Origin: Candidatus Binatia bacterium
GTDB taxonomy: Bacteria; Desulfobacterota; Binatia; Bin18
Assembly (NCBI GenBank): GCA_963664395.2
Contig: OY761159.2
Coordinates: 2,304,001-2,368,000 of the forward strand
Direction: 5' to 3'
DNA: 64,000 bases
Shown: one piece after another, positions 1-9,821 of the stretch
How the letters are laid out: the number at the start of each line of letters is the position of its first letter
Position numbering within the stretch: the first letter of the stretch is position 1
Made by a program: the position numbers and the translations under genes
The notes under the pieces: model-generated
Database searches by the model: none
Seen by the model: the letters and a program-made list of their open reading frames with translations, nothing else
Told to the model about the DNA's origin: nothing

Positions 1-398
1 ACGACCGTTCCAACCCCGGTAGGAGTGAAAAACGCCGGAATGCCCGCTCCAGCAGCTCGAATGCGCTCTACTAATGTTCCCTGGGGGACTATTTCAAAGG
101 CGACTTCACCCCGTCCAATCTGCTCAGACAGCGGCGTTGTGCGGTAGGCATAGCCACCGAAGGAAGCGATCAGTTTCGAGATCTGGCCGTTTTCGGCTAG
201 AACCTGAGGAGAAAGTGGCCCGAATCCAGGGGAGTTGCAGATAATGGTGAGGTCTCTCACTCCGGTGTCTTGCAGGGCAAAGAGCAATTCATGCGGCCAT
301 CCCTGGAGCACGCCGAACCCGCCTATGAGAATACTCGCTCCATCCCGGATATCAGCAATAGATTCGACCGCGGAGTAGCGAGCCTTTTGCACACTCAT
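1..398 (-). CDS. CoA-transferase subunit A (3-oxoacid CoA-transferase alpha family), runs off the window edge
   Basis: Manual translation from ATG 398: MSVQKARYSAVESIADIRDGASILIGGFG...EIVPQGTLVERIRAAGAGIPAFFTPTGVGT, typical family I CoA-transferase alpha motifs. Confidence 0.88.
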   Translation of the reverse strand, partial: MSVQKARYSAVESIADIRDGASILIGGFGVLQGWPHELLFALQDTGVRDLTIICNSPGFGPLSPQVLAENGQISKLIASFGGYAYRTTPLSEQIGRGEVAFEIVPQGTLVERIRAAGAGIPAFFTPTGVGTV

Positions 399-430
399 AC
401 AAGCCTCATAACAAATGGGAAAAATTCGAG

Positions 431-446
431 CTGACCGCTCGGTCAG
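431..446. promoter_or_regulatory. Palindromic operator candidate CTGACCG-CT-CGGTCAG in a divergent intergenic region
   Basis: Perfect 7-bp inverted arms with a 2-nt spacer. Confidence 0.45.
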
Positions 447-551
447 GTTGATCTTCGGTTCTCCGCCTCGTAGTATAGCCCATCAGGTCGGTACGCGCTC
501 AAGAGGGAGAGCGGGTCGGGCTGACTGAATAGCGTAGAGGAAGGACAAACA

Positions 552-1148
552 GTGGCTGCCCACCCAGTGTGGCTCTCAAAAGGCGCCCTTCAGGGGGAAA
601 CAAATCCGCTCGTGACATTTCATTATCCACTCGCCTTTACCATTATCGGCCAAGAAGCCGAAGCCGCGCTGACTGTGGCGGTGGAAACCGCGCTTGATGC
701 TATTAGTGCGGAAGACCTTGCGTACATGGAGAAGGTCCTGAATTTTGTGACAGCGCAGAAAAAGAGCGGAAAAGTCCCGCCGCCGCGCCGTGACTATCAA
801 CCGGTTGGAACAATGGCAACTGGGGCAACTGGGGCAACTGGGGCAACCGGGGCAACCGGTCGAATCTGTGACCTGTGTGAGATGGCCCATTACACGCAAT
901 GGTATGCCGAGTTTTACTCCCCCTTCCGTTTCACCATTCTCGACTGCGATTCCTGTGACGTGCCTATTGCGGTCCTTGGCGAGCACCGAGTCGATGTTCG
1001 TCTGGAAGAGGTTGCGTTTATGGAAGATGCCCTCAATGTTGTGGCCGAACAAAAGTATGCCGGGAAATTCCCGAAGTGGATGTTCGACCACAATATGCGG
1101 CAGATTCCGGATCATTATCATTTTCATGTCCGCCCGTTGCTCTGGTAA
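552..1148 (+). CDS. Hypothetical protein with internal duplication; C-terminal HIT-like domain (CxxC...IPDHYHFH)
   Basis: ORF track; SD-like GAGGAAGGA upstream; HxHxH motif; two homologous halves joined by a (GAT)n linker. Confidence 0.65.
   Translation: MAAHPVWLSKGALQGETNPLVTFHYPLAFTIIGQEAEAALTVAVETALDAISAEDLAYMEKVLNFVTAQKKSGKVPPPRRDYQPVGTMATGATGATGATGATGRICDLCEMAHYTQWYAEFYSPFRFTILDCDSCDVPIAVLGEHRVDVRLEEVAFMEDALNVVAEQKYAGKFPKWMFDHNMRQIPDHYHFHVRPLLW
815..859 (+). repeat. 9-bp tandem repeat GGCAACYGG x5, in frame (Gly-Ala-Thr linker)
   Basis: Read directly from sequence. Confidence 0.95.
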
Positions 1149-1166
1149 GGCGGGGGGAGGGAAGTT

Positions 1167-2198
1167 GTGACTATGCAGGCGGTGTTGCTACTCGGCCCGG
1201 GGAAGATGACCTGTCAAGAATTACCCGTGCCGGAACCAGGGCCTGAAGATGTCGTGCTGAAGATCGGGTCTGCCCTGACATGTGGAACGGATCTCAAGGC
1301 TTTTTTGCGTGGCCATCCCAAGATGCCTCCACCGACCCGTTTTGGCCATGAATACTCCGGAACGATTGCCGCGCGCGGGGCGAATGTCAAAAACTTCCGC
1401 GAGGGCGACGCTGTGATGCTCGCGCCAACCGGCCCATGCGGACTCTGTTTTCATTGCCAACATGACCAGGAAAACCTCTGCACGTCACTCATGGCGACCA
1501 TGGCATTTGGCGGCTATGCGGAATATGTCAGCCTCCCCGGTCGGATCGTCAGATCCAATATGTTCGAGAAGCCAAAAAGCCTGCCCTTTGTTGAGGCAGC
1601 TCTGTTGGAGCCGGTGTCGTGTGTGGTCTTTGGATTACAGCAGGCGACCTTTACGCCCGAAGATACCGCAGTGATTATTGGTGCAGGGGGCTTTGGACTG
1701 TTGCACCTCATACTCTTGAAAATGTTGGGGATGGAGCGTGTCTACATGGTGGCCAGGAACCCGGACCGGGCCAAAGTCGCGGAAGAGCTTGGCGCATATC
1801 ATGTGATTGCCCGTCCGGCTGAGGAAGCCCGCGAAGAAGTCTTAGCGGCCACAGATGGTCGCGGTGCTGACCTTGTCATCGAGTGTACGGCCCAGCCGAG
1901 TGTCTGGGAAGAATCCCTGTTCTTTGCCCGTCCCGGAGGCCAGGTCATTCTCTTTGGCGGCTGTCCGCAGGGAACCAAGGTTTCGCTGGACGCGACGCGA
2001 CTGCACTACGATCAGATTCGTCTGTCGAGTCCATTTCACTTTAACCCGGCAGCTGTGCGCAAAGCGTCTGAGTTGCTTATATCCGGACAGATCCCAACCA
2101 AATACTTGATTAGCGGTCGCTACCCACTTGTTGACATAGGCCAAGCGTTTGATCGCATGCAGCGTGGCGAGGGGATCAAATACGAAGTCGTACCCTGA
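1167..2198 (+). CDS. Zn-dependent alcohol dehydrogenase (MDR family, iditol/threonine dehydrogenase-like)
   Basis: CGTD, GHE, structural Zn CGLCFHC...C, GAGGFG Rossmann motif. Confidence 0.9.
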   Translation: MTMQAVLLLGPGKMTCQELPVPEPGPEDVVLKIGSALTCGTDLKAFLRGHPKMPPPTRFGHEYSGTIAARGANVKNFREGDAVMLAPTGPCGLCFHCQHDQENLCTSLMATMAFGGYAEYVSLPGRIVRSNMFEKPKSLPFVEAALLEPVSCVVFGLQQATFTPEDTAVIIGAGGFGLLHLILLKMLGMERVYMVARNPDRAKVAEELGAYHVIARPAEEAREEVLAATDGRGADLVIECTAQPSVWEESLFFARPGGQVILFGGCPQGTKVSLDATRLHYDQIRLSSPFHFNPAAVRKASELLISGQIPTKYLISGRYPLVDIGQAFDRMQRGEGIKYEVVP

Positions 2199-2213
2199 GG
2201 GCGAAAGGCTGCC

Positions 2214-3458
2214 ATGAAAATTGTTACCCCAAACGAAGCCGTCCGGGCTATCCCCGACGGCAGTATCGCGATCTTCCCCCACAGCTGTGTCGAACCTACG
2301 ACCTTCTATACGGCTTTCCAGCAAGAGGTTGAGCGCTTCAGCAACCTGACCGTGTATTCCGGGCTGGCGTTTGGAAAATATCCCTTTCTGGATAAGGGCT
2401 TAGGGACAAATTTTCGCTATATGACCTGGCAGGCTGCGCCACAGCTTCGTCGCTTGTTCAAAGAAAACGACCCGCGCAAGGTTGGGTTTGTACCCATGCG
2501 GTTCAGCGAGATCACCAGCATCGTGAACAAAAACGGCATTATCAAGCCGGATGTTGTTGTGACCCAAGTCTCGCCGCCCGACCAGGACGGAACGGTCAGT
2601 TTGGGTATTTCTGTCAGCATCTACCAGGACTTTATCGATAGCGCGAAAATGGTGATCGCTGAGATTAATACCAATATGCCGGCGACGCATGGCAACAGCC
2701 GGGTTCCAGTTGAGAAAATTGATCTGGCCATAGAGTCTTCCGAACCACTTGGGACCTATCGCACGCCACACCAAAGCGCGCGCGACTCCAAGATCGTTGA
2801 CCACGTCCTCGATTTGGTACCTGACCTGGCCTGGGTCCAGCTCGGTGTGGGCTCTGTCCCCGATGCAGTGTTGGGTCGATTAGCAGAAAAACAAGGGGTG
2901 AATCTCTACTCAGGCATGCTGTCACAGGGGTTGATCCAGTTTCTTGACAGGGTGAAACATACACCCAAGATTCTCACTGGTGAGCTGGCCGGCGATCAGG
3001 ACTTCTTTGACTTTTGCGGACGCAACCCGCTCATACAAATGGCGACCGTCGATGTCACGCATAATATTCTGGCTTTGGCAAAGCTGCCGCGCTTTGTCTC
3101 AATCAATTCTGCGGTGGAGATCGACCTGCACGGGCAGAGTAATGGCGAGACCATTGGACCGGTGCAGATCAGCGGCGTAGGCGGCAGCCTCGACTATGTT
3201 GAAGCCGCAGCGCTGGCTGAAGACGGCGTATCCATCATTGCGCTGCCGTCAACGACCGAAGACGGCAAGCGTTCCAAGATCGTGGCTAGCCTGGCCCCCG
3301 GCGCCGTTGTCACCACGCCACGTTTTTGCACCGACTACATTGTGACCGAATACGGCATCGCCCGTATGAAAGGCAAAGACCTCCGGGGGCGGGCCGAAGC
3401 CCTCGTCGAAATCGCCCACCCGGATTTTCGACCTGAGTTGGAACAGCGTCTGGGATAG
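2214..3458 (+). CDS. Acetyl-CoA hydrolase/transferase family (4-hydroxybutyrate CoA-transferase-like)
   Basis: QLGVGSVP, SINSAVEIDLHGQ, ISGVGGSLDY, VTEYGIA motifs. Confidence 0.88.
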   Translation: MKIVTPNEAVRAIPDGSIAIFPHSCVEPTTFYTAFQQEVERFSNLTVYSGLAFGKYPFLDKGLGTNFRYMTWQAAPQLRRLFKENDPRKVGFVPMRFSEITSIVNKNGIIKPDVVVTQVSPPDQDGTVSLGISVSIYQDFIDSAKMVIAEINTNMPATHGNSRVPVEKIDLAIESSEPLGTYRTPHQSARDSKIVDHVLDLVPDLAWVQLGVGSVPDAVLGRLAEKQGVNLYSGMLSQGLIQFLDRVKHTPKILTGELAGDQDFFDFCGRNPLIQMATVDVTHNILALAKLPRFVSINSAVEIDLHGQSNGETIGPVQISGVGGSLDYVEAAALAEDGVSIIALPSTTEDGKRSKIVASLAPGAVVTTPRFCTDYIVTEYGIARMKGKDLRGRAEALVEIAHPDFRPELEQRLG

Positions 3459-3586
3459 AAACTTTTCCGCATACATGCGGAACCTCAGGTTCCCCGGCCC
3501 GCGCCTTTTTTCTCTTTAGCCTGTTTGATACTCTCAACCCTTCGCTGGCGCTGCTGCCAGTCAGGAACCAATCTGTTTGTGAGGGG

Positions 3587-4876
3587 ATGATTATGATTGA
3601 ACGGGCCGCTATTCTGAGCACGGGGGATGAAATCACTACTGGCAAAGTGGTTGATACGAACTCCAACTACATTGCGGATAAACTCATTGAAGCCGGATTG
3701 GACGTTGCCTCGATTGTCACGGTTGGGGACGTTTCGGACCGGATTATATGGGCCTGGGAACAGGCCATGGTTCACGCCGACGTGATCATTTCCACTGGTG
3801 GTATTGGACCAACGGCGGATGACCTCACGACTGAACTGGTCGCCAAGGTTGCCGGAGTCGGACTGACCTTCTCTGAAGAAGTCGCAGAGAATATCCGGCG
3901 GATCTTCGCTTCGCTCAACCGCACCATGCCGGAGAATAATCTCAAGCAGGCGCAGTTCCCCGCAGGAGCGACCATCATTCCGAATCATCTCGGAACTGCG
4001 CCAGGCTATCGCCTGGAACTGGACACACCCCAGGGGCGGAAGCATCTGATCGTCCTGCCGGGTGTCCCGCGCGAGATGAAACCTATGATGGAAGAAAGCG
4101 TCATGCCCTGGATTGGTGACATGCGGGGCGGGGGCGATGTCTTTCTGACCCGGACGTTTCAGACGTTTGGCATTAGTGAGTCCGGACTGGATGAACTGGT
4201 GTCTGGTGTGATTGCCGAAGACGAGGGAAAACTGGCCTTTCGGGCCAACTTCCCACAAATTTCCATGCGCGTGACTGTCAGGGGGAAAGAAGGTGAGGTT
4301 GAGCAGCGGGTCGAAATCTTGGCCCAGCGGCTGCGTGAGAAAATCGGCGCGTATGTCTACGGTGAGGGTGATGTCAGCATGGAAGGCGTCGTCGGGCAGC
4401 TCCTCAAAGAGCAGGGGAAAACAGTCGGCTTTGCCGAGGCGTGCTCGGGTGGCTTGGTCAGTCATCGTCTGACGAATGTGCCGGGCAGCTCGAATTATTT
4501 CCTGGGCAGCATCATCGCCTACTCAGACAGTGCAAAAACCCAGCTCCTCGATGTCAACCCAGCTACGCTGAGTCAGCATGGTGCGGTCAGCGAGGAGACA
4601 GTCAAGGAGATGGCCAGCGGCGTCCGTACTCGTCTGGGAACCGATATTGGTGTGGCGCTAACAGGGATTGCCGGACCGGACGGCGGCACCCCGGACAAGC
4701 CGGTTGGGACAGCCTGCCTGGCGCTCTCCATGGACGGAACGCTGGTGTATCGGCAATATAAACTGTGGGGCAATAGAGAGTGGATTAAAACTTTAACCTC
4801 GCAGTTGTCACTTGACTGGGTGCGGCGTGCTCTCCTTAAAATTCCTATTGTAGAATCGGGGTTTATACGCCGCTAA
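3587..4876 (+). CDS. cinA: Competence/damage-inducible protein CinA
   Basis: STGDEITTGKVVDTN, GGIGPTADDLT, LPGVPREM, C-terminal PncC domain (GIAGPDGGT); upstream of recA. Confidence 0.93.
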   Translation: MIMIERAAILSTGDEITTGKVVDTNSNYIADKLIEAGLDVASIVTVGDVSDRIIWAWEQAMVHADVIISTGGIGPTADDLTTELVAKVAGVGLTFSEEVAENIRRIFASLNRTMPENNLKQAQFPAGATIIPNHLGTAPGYRLELDTPQGRKHLIVLPGVPREMKPMMEESVMPWIGDMRGGGDVFLTRTFQTFGISESGLDELVSGVIAEDEGKLAFRANFPQISMRVTVRGKEGEVEQRVEILAQRLREKIGAYVYGEGDVSMEGVVGQLLKEQGKTVGFAEACSGGLVSHRLTNVPGSSNYFLGSIIAYSDSAKTQLLDVNPATLSQHGAVSEETVKEMASGVRTRLGTDIGVALTGIAGPDGGTPDKPVGTACLALSMDGTLVYRQYKLWGNREWIKTLTSQLSLDWVRRALLKIPIVESGFIRR

Positions 4877-4894
4877 AAAAGAGGAGGACCCCTG

Positions 4895-5479
4895 TTGATT
4901 CGCGCTTTCATCGCAGCTAATCTAGCTTTGTCAGTAGGCGAAGAAATGGCGAAGGTTCAAGCTATTCTACAAAAATCGAAAGGTGATATCCGCTGGGTCA
5001 AACCACAGGGATTTCATCTGACGTTTCAGTTTCTTGGGAATATTGAGCAGACTCAAGTTGATCCTATCCTCACAGAATTACGAGCAACCGCGCGTCTCCA
5101 ACCTCCGTTTCGAGTGCGAACGCAGGGACTCGGCGTTTTTCCTTCACTGAAGCGCCCGCGGGTGCTGTGGGCAGGTCTGACCGGCCAAGGATTAAAAGAG
5201 CTGAATACAAAAATCGAGTCGGCTCTGGGCTCACTTGGCTTTCCAGCCGAGGGCCACGCGTTTCGCCCTCATATTACCCTTGGCCGGGTCCGCTCCCAGC
5301 GTGGCTGGGATCAAGTACTGGAACGAGTCAAAGAATATCTACAGTACGATTTTGGTGAAAGCCTCATCGACACGGTGACGTTGTATCAGAGTGATTGTGA
5401 GCCAGGTGGAACAGTATATATACCCCTGGGCGTTGCCCATCTGAATCCCATTAAGGAGTACGCATATGGCAGAGGATAA
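4895..5479 (+). CDS. thpR: RNA 2',3'-cyclic phosphodiesterase (2H family)
   Basis: Two HxT motifs ([15 protein letters not shown]); cinA-thpR-recA synteny. Confidence 0.92.
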   Translation: MIRAFIAANLALSVGEEMAKVQAILQKSKGDIRWVKPQGFHLTFQFLGNIEQTQVDPILTELRATARLQPPFRVRTQGLGVFPSLKRPRVLWAGLTGQGLKELNTKIESALGSLGFPAEGHAFRPHITLGRVRSQRGWDQVLERVKEYLQYDFGESLIDTVTLYQSDCEPGGTVYIPLGVAHLNPIKEYAYGRG

Positions 5480-6509
5480 AGATCGTAAACGAGCGCTGGA
5501 CTTAGCCGTCAGTCAGATTGAAAAGCAGTTTGGCAAGGGTTCGATCATGAAGCTCGGCGAGGGCGCTGTCGTACGTGACATTCCCACGATTTCGACCGGA
5601 TCGCTGGGCTTGGACCTGGCGCTCGGCATTGGAGGTCTGCCGCGTGGACGTGTGGTCGAGATCTACGGGCCTGAGTCCTCTGGAAAAACAACGCTGGCCT
5701 TGCACGTTGTTGCTCAGGCGCAAAAAGCGGGGGGCCCTTGTGCCTATATTGATGCCGAGCATGCCCTGGACATGGGCTATGCCAAGAAACTTGGAGTAAA
5801 TGTTGAAGAGATATTGCTCTCTCAGCCCGACCATGGCGAGCAGGCGCTCGAAATTACGGATACGCTAGTCAGAAGTGGCGCGCTGGATGTTATTGTAATT
5901 GACTCTGTTGCCGCTCTGGTTCCCCGCGCCGAACTCGAAGGCGATATGGGTGAGCCGCAGATGGGCCTGCAGGCCAGACTCATGTCGCAAGCGCTGCGCA
6001 AGCTGGTCAGCACGATTGCACGTTCGCGCACCTTAGTCGTCTTCATCAATCAAATGCGGATGAAGATCGGCGTCATGTTCGGCAATCCCGAGACAACAAG
6101 CGGCGGCAATGCCCTCAAATTTTACGCTTCCGTCCGCATGGACATCCGCCGCACGGGCGCAGTCAAACAAGGCGATCAAGTGGTTGGGAATCATACCCGA
6201 GTCAAAGTAGTCAAAAATAAAGTCGCGCCGCCCTTCAAGCTGGCGGAATTCGATATTTTATACGGGAGCGGGATATCCAAAGAGGGCGAGCTGATCGATA
6301 TTGGTGTGGATCAAAATATCGTCGAGAAAGCAGGTGCCTGGTACTCTTTTTCCGGGGATCGCATTGGCCAAGGGCGAGAGAACGCCAAAGAATACCTCCG
6401 CGAAAATCCGCAGACCGCCGAGACGATAGAGAGCCAAGTCCGTGAGAAGTTTGGTCTCGGCGCCCTGCGCTCCGAAGTCGAAGTGGAAAAAGTGGCTAAG
6501 GGAGCCTAG
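5466..6509 (+). CDS. recA: Recombinase RecA
   Basis: GPESSGKTT Walker [28 protein letters not shown]. Confidence 0.99.
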   Translation: MAEDKDRKRALDLAVSQIEKQFGKGSIMKLGEGAVVRDIPTISTGSLGLDLALGIGGLPRGRVVEIYGPESSGKTTLALHVVAQAQKAGGPCAYIDAEHALDMGYAKKLGVNVEEILLSQPDHGEQALEITDTLVRSGALDVIVIDSVAALVPRAELEGDMGEPQMGLQARLMSQALRKLVSTIARSRTLVVFINQMRMKIGVMFGNPETTSGGNALKFYASVRMDIRRTGAVKQGDQVVGNHTRVKVVKNKVAPPFKLAEFDILYGSGISKEGELIDIGVDQNIVEKAGAWYSFSGDRIGQGRENAKEYLRENPQTAETIESQVREKFGLGALRSEVEVEKVAKGA

Positions 6510-6527
6510 CGCCCGATATTTCCAGAT

Positions 6528-7007
6528 ATGGGTACCGCTCGTTCCTTTCGGACTTCTGAGCAGACACCCCTGAACTATGCCTATAGTCTGCTCGCGCGGG
6601 GAGACTATAGCGCGGCGCGCTTAAGCGAGAAATTGCGGGCCAAAGGGTTCACGTCGCAGGCCGCGAGCGCTACAGTTGAAGCGCTGCAAGCGCGCGGCCA
6701 TCTGGACGACACGCGGCTGGCCCGTGGTCTTGCCGAACGGTTTCAAAACCAAGGCTTTGGACCGCGCGGTGTGCGGGTCAAACTCAAGCAAAGAGGACTC
6801 ACGGAAGACGTGATTGCAACGGCGCTGAGCGAGCGGGTAGAGCAGACGGATATCGAGATCGCTCAGCGACTTGTGCAGCGCCGGTTCTCTCCTGCCGCGC
6901 TCGAAGAGCCCAAGCTGCGCGCCCGCGCGTATCGGTTATTATTACGACGAGGATACTCTGCCAGTGTTGCTGCAAGCGTGCTAGGAAGAGAAGCGTCCGA
7001 CGACTAG
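6528..7007 (+). CDS. recX: Regulatory protein RecX
   Basis: Follows recA; LLARGDYS, LDDTRLA, GPRGV, LLRRGYS three-helix repeats. Confidence 0.9.
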   Translation: MGTARSFRTSEQTPLNYAYSLLARGDYSAARLSEKLRAKGFTSQAASATVEALQARGHLDDTRLARGLAERFQNQGFGPRGVRVKLKQRGLTEDVIATALSERVEQTDIEIAQRLVQRRFSPAALEEPKLRARAYRLLLRRGYSASVAASVLGREASDD

Positions 7008-7028
7008 CCAATGGAAAGAGTAGCAGCC

Positions 7029-9722
7029 ATGACAGGGAACGAGATACGCGACAGCTTCCTGCAATTTTTTGCCGACCGGGGTCACCGGATTGTCCCGAGT
7101 GCGCCTCTGATTCCAGCCAACGACCCGACTCTGATGTTTACCAATGCCGGGATGGTGCCGTTCAAGAATATTTTTCTCGGGCTTGAGCGGCCGACCCACC
7201 AGCGTGTGGTTGATTCACAAAAATGTCTGCGCGTCTCCGGTAAGCATAACGATCTCGAAGAAGTTGGGCGCGATACGTACCATCACACCTTCTTTGAAAT
7301 GCTGGGGAATTGGTCGTTTGGCGATTACTACAAAAAGGAAGCCATCGGTTGGGCCTGGGAACTCCTGACCGAAGTCTGGAAGCTGCCTAAGCAGAAACTC
7401 TGGGCGACCGTCTATACGACGGACGACGAAGCGGACGAGTGGTGGCGCAAACAAACGGATATTGATCCACAACAGATTTTACGTTTTGCCGAAAAAGATA
7501 ATTTCTGGGAAATGGGCGAGCATGGCCCGTGTGGACCATGCTCGGAAATCCACATTGACCGTGGCCCGCAGGCCTGCGCGTTGGCGAACACGCCAGGTCA
7601 TACCTGTGCGGTCAACGGAGGCTGCCCGCGCTATATTGAGTTGTGGAATCTGGTGTTCATCCAATACAACCGGAATGCGGATCAATCTCTGGACGATCTG
7701 CCCGAGACGCATGTCGATACGGGCATGGGCTTGGAGCGGATTGTCTCTGTGCTCCAAGACGTGCCGGGCAATTATGACTCTGACCTGCTGCGCGACATCA
7801 TTACCTTTACCGAGGGATTGGGCGACAAGCGCTACGGCGATGAGAGTGAACAGGACGTTTCTTTTCGGGTGATTGCCGACCATGCGCGTACGGCAGCCTT
7901 TGCCATTGCCGATGGCGTGGTGCCGACCAACGAAGGCCGTGGCTATGTGCTGCGGCGGATTATGCGCCGCGCCTTACGCCACGGACGACTCCTGGGCTTT
8001 GAGGGGCCGTTTTTCTCTCAGGTCGCCGGCAGCGTGACGCAGCTCCTGGGCGTGGCCTACCCTGAGTTGGTTGAACGCCGGGACTATCTGACCGAGGTCA
8101 TACACAACGAGGAGATCCGTTTTTCGGAAACCTTGGACAGGGGCCTGGCCCTGCTCGAACAAGAAATCCACGATCTACGACAACGTCACACGACAACCTT
8201 GTCCGGCGAAACCGCCTTTCGGTTGTATGATACCTACGGCTTCCCGCTGGATATGACTGAGGATTTTCTGTCGTCCGAAGGCTTCAGCGTTGACCAGGAC
8301 GGATTTCAGCGTGCCATGGAAAATCAGCGTACGCGCGCGCGTGAGGGGCAAAAAGGCACGGTATATATCAGTGCCGGACTCACCGATTCGGATTTGCACT
8401 CTCGTTTTGTTGGCGACCGTCAGGCCGAACACGACTCCGAGGTGCTCGCGCTTTTGGTGGACGGACAGCCCCGTACAGACGCGGTCCGCGAAGGGGAAAG
8501 AGTTGACCTGATCGTTGCCGAGACGCCTTTTTATGGCGAGTCCGGCGGACAGGTTGGGGATACGGGGACGATACGGACGAGCCGTGGCGATCTCATCGAG
8601 GTGCTGGATACGCTCAAACCGCAGCCTTCACTCATCGTGCATAAAGGCCGGGTGGTGCAGGGCGCGGTGCAGACCGGGGATATCGTCCAGCTCAGTATTG
8701 ATGCACCTCGAAGAGAGGCCATCCGTTTGAACCATTCCGCAACGCATGTCATGCATTCCGCCCTGCGCGATATTTTAGGCTCCCATGTCCGGCAGGCAGG
8801 CTCATTGGTAACACCGGACCGACTCCGTTTCGACTTTACGCATACCAGTCCGGTCAAGGACGACGTACTCGAAGAAATTGAAGACCTGATTAACTTCCAT
8901 ATCCGTGACAATGCGGACGTGACCAGTGAAGAAATGTCCTTTACCGACGCAATACAAAAGGGTGCGTTGGCTTTCTTTGGCGAGAAGTATGGAGAGATCG
9001 TCCGGGTGTTACGGATGGGGGATTTCTCAACCGAACTGTGCGGCGGAACCCACGTGAGCCGGACCGGAGATGTGGGGCTGTTCAGATTTAAGGCCGAGAC
9101 AGGCGTGGCATCCGGTATCCGGCGGGTCGAGGCCGTCACTGGCGAGGGCGCCCTCAACTGGGTGCGTCAACGCGAGCGTGTGCTCAAGGACATGGGCAGC
9201 ATTCTGAAGGGGTCTGAGGAGGACGCACTCGAGCGCTTGGAAAAATTGCTGAGCCGGCAACACGAGCTTGAAAAACAACTCGACCAGCTTCAGGGTCAAC
9301 TCGCCGGCTCGCAAAGTGAGGCTATTGCCTCCCAAGTCCGCCAGACCCATGGGGTCAATGTCATCGCCAGTCGGGTCGAGGGCGTGGATAATAAAGCCCT
9401 CCGAGAGATGGCGGATACGCTGCGCGATAAGCACCAGCCGGCGGTTGTCGTCCTCGGAGCGACGAACGGGGCGAAAGTGTCGCTCTTGGCCGCGGTGAGT
9501 AGGGAGTTGGGTCAGCAGTATCACGCCGGAAACATTATCAAAGCGATCGCTCCGCTGGTTGGCGGCGGCGGGGGCGGGCGGCCCGATTTCGCCCAAGCCG
9601 GAGGAAAAGATCCGACGCGACTGGATGAAGCCCTCCAAAAGGTGTATGAGCTGATTGAAAAAGGTCTTGACCATTTTGAAGAAGGCGATGTCGATTCTAA
9701 GAAAATCCGAGTGATTCGGTAG
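7029..9722 (+). CDS. alaS: Alanine--tRNA ligase with an altered C-terminus
   Basis: FTNAGM, HHTFFEMLGN, DTGMGLER, editing HSATH/ELCGGTH, GGGGGRPDFAQAGG; start at ATG 7029 (7011 possible). Confidence 0.98.
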   Translation: MTGNEIRDSFLQFFADRGHRIVPSAPLIPANDPTLMFTNAGMVPFKNIFLGLERPTHQRVVDSQKCLRVSGKHNDLEEVGRDTYHHTFFEMLGNWSFGDYYKKEAIGWAWELLTEVWKLPKQKLWATVYTTDDEADEWWRKQTDIDPQQILRFAEKDNFWEMGEHGPCGPCSEIHIDRGPQACALANTPGHTCAVNGGCPRYIELWNLVFIQYNRNADQSLDDLPETHVDTGMGLERIVSVLQDVPGNYDSDLLRDIITFTEGLGDKRYGDESEQDVSFRVIADHARTAAFAIADGVVPTNEGRGYVLRRIMRRALRHGRLLGFEGPFFSQVAGSVTQLLGVAYPELVERRDYLTEVIHNEEIRFSETLDRGLALLEQEIHDLRQRHTTTLSGETAFRLYDTYGFPLDMTEDFLSSEGFSVDQDGFQRAMENQRTRAREGQKGTVYISAGLTDSDLHSRFVGDRQAEHDSEVLALLVDGQPRTDAVREGERVDLIVAETPFYGESGGQVGDTGTIRTSRGDLIEVLDTLKPQPSLIVHKGRVVQGAVQTGDIVQLSIDAPRREAIRLNHSATHVMHSALRDILGSHVRQAGSLVTPDRLRFDFTHTSPVKDDVLEEIEDLINFHIRDNADVTSEEMSFTDAIQKGALAFFGEKYGEIVRVLRMGDFSTELCGGTHVSRTGDVGLFRFKAETGVASGIRRVEAVTGEGALNWVRQRERVLKDMGSILKGSEEDALERLEKLLSRQHELEKQLDQLQGQLAGSQSEAIASQVRQTHGVNVIASRVEGVDNKALREMADTLRDKHQPAVVVLGATNGAKVSLLAAVSRELGQQYHAGNIIKAIAPLVGGGGGGRPDFAQAGGKDPTRLDEALQKVYELIEKGLDHFEEGDVDSKKIRVIR

Positions 9723-9754
9723 AACCTCCAAAAGGTGTATGAGCTGATTGAAAA
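9632..9754 (+). repeat. 30-bp direct repeat CCTCCAAAAGGTGTATGAGCTGATTGAAAA at 9632-9661 and 9725-9754
   Basis: Exact duplicate 93 nt apart, bracketing the alaS stop. Confidence 0.95.
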
Positions 9755-9821
9755 GGGCGCATAAAGCGTACATCCGCTCTCCCAGAGATGCTGGGACGTT
9801 TACGCTTGTGACGGAGGCCGC

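Noticed and set aside
9720-9722. Programmed TAG readthrough (pyrrolysine) in alaS
   Set aside because: The in-frame continuation is explained by the 93-nt repeat spacing; no pyl genes or other support in the window.
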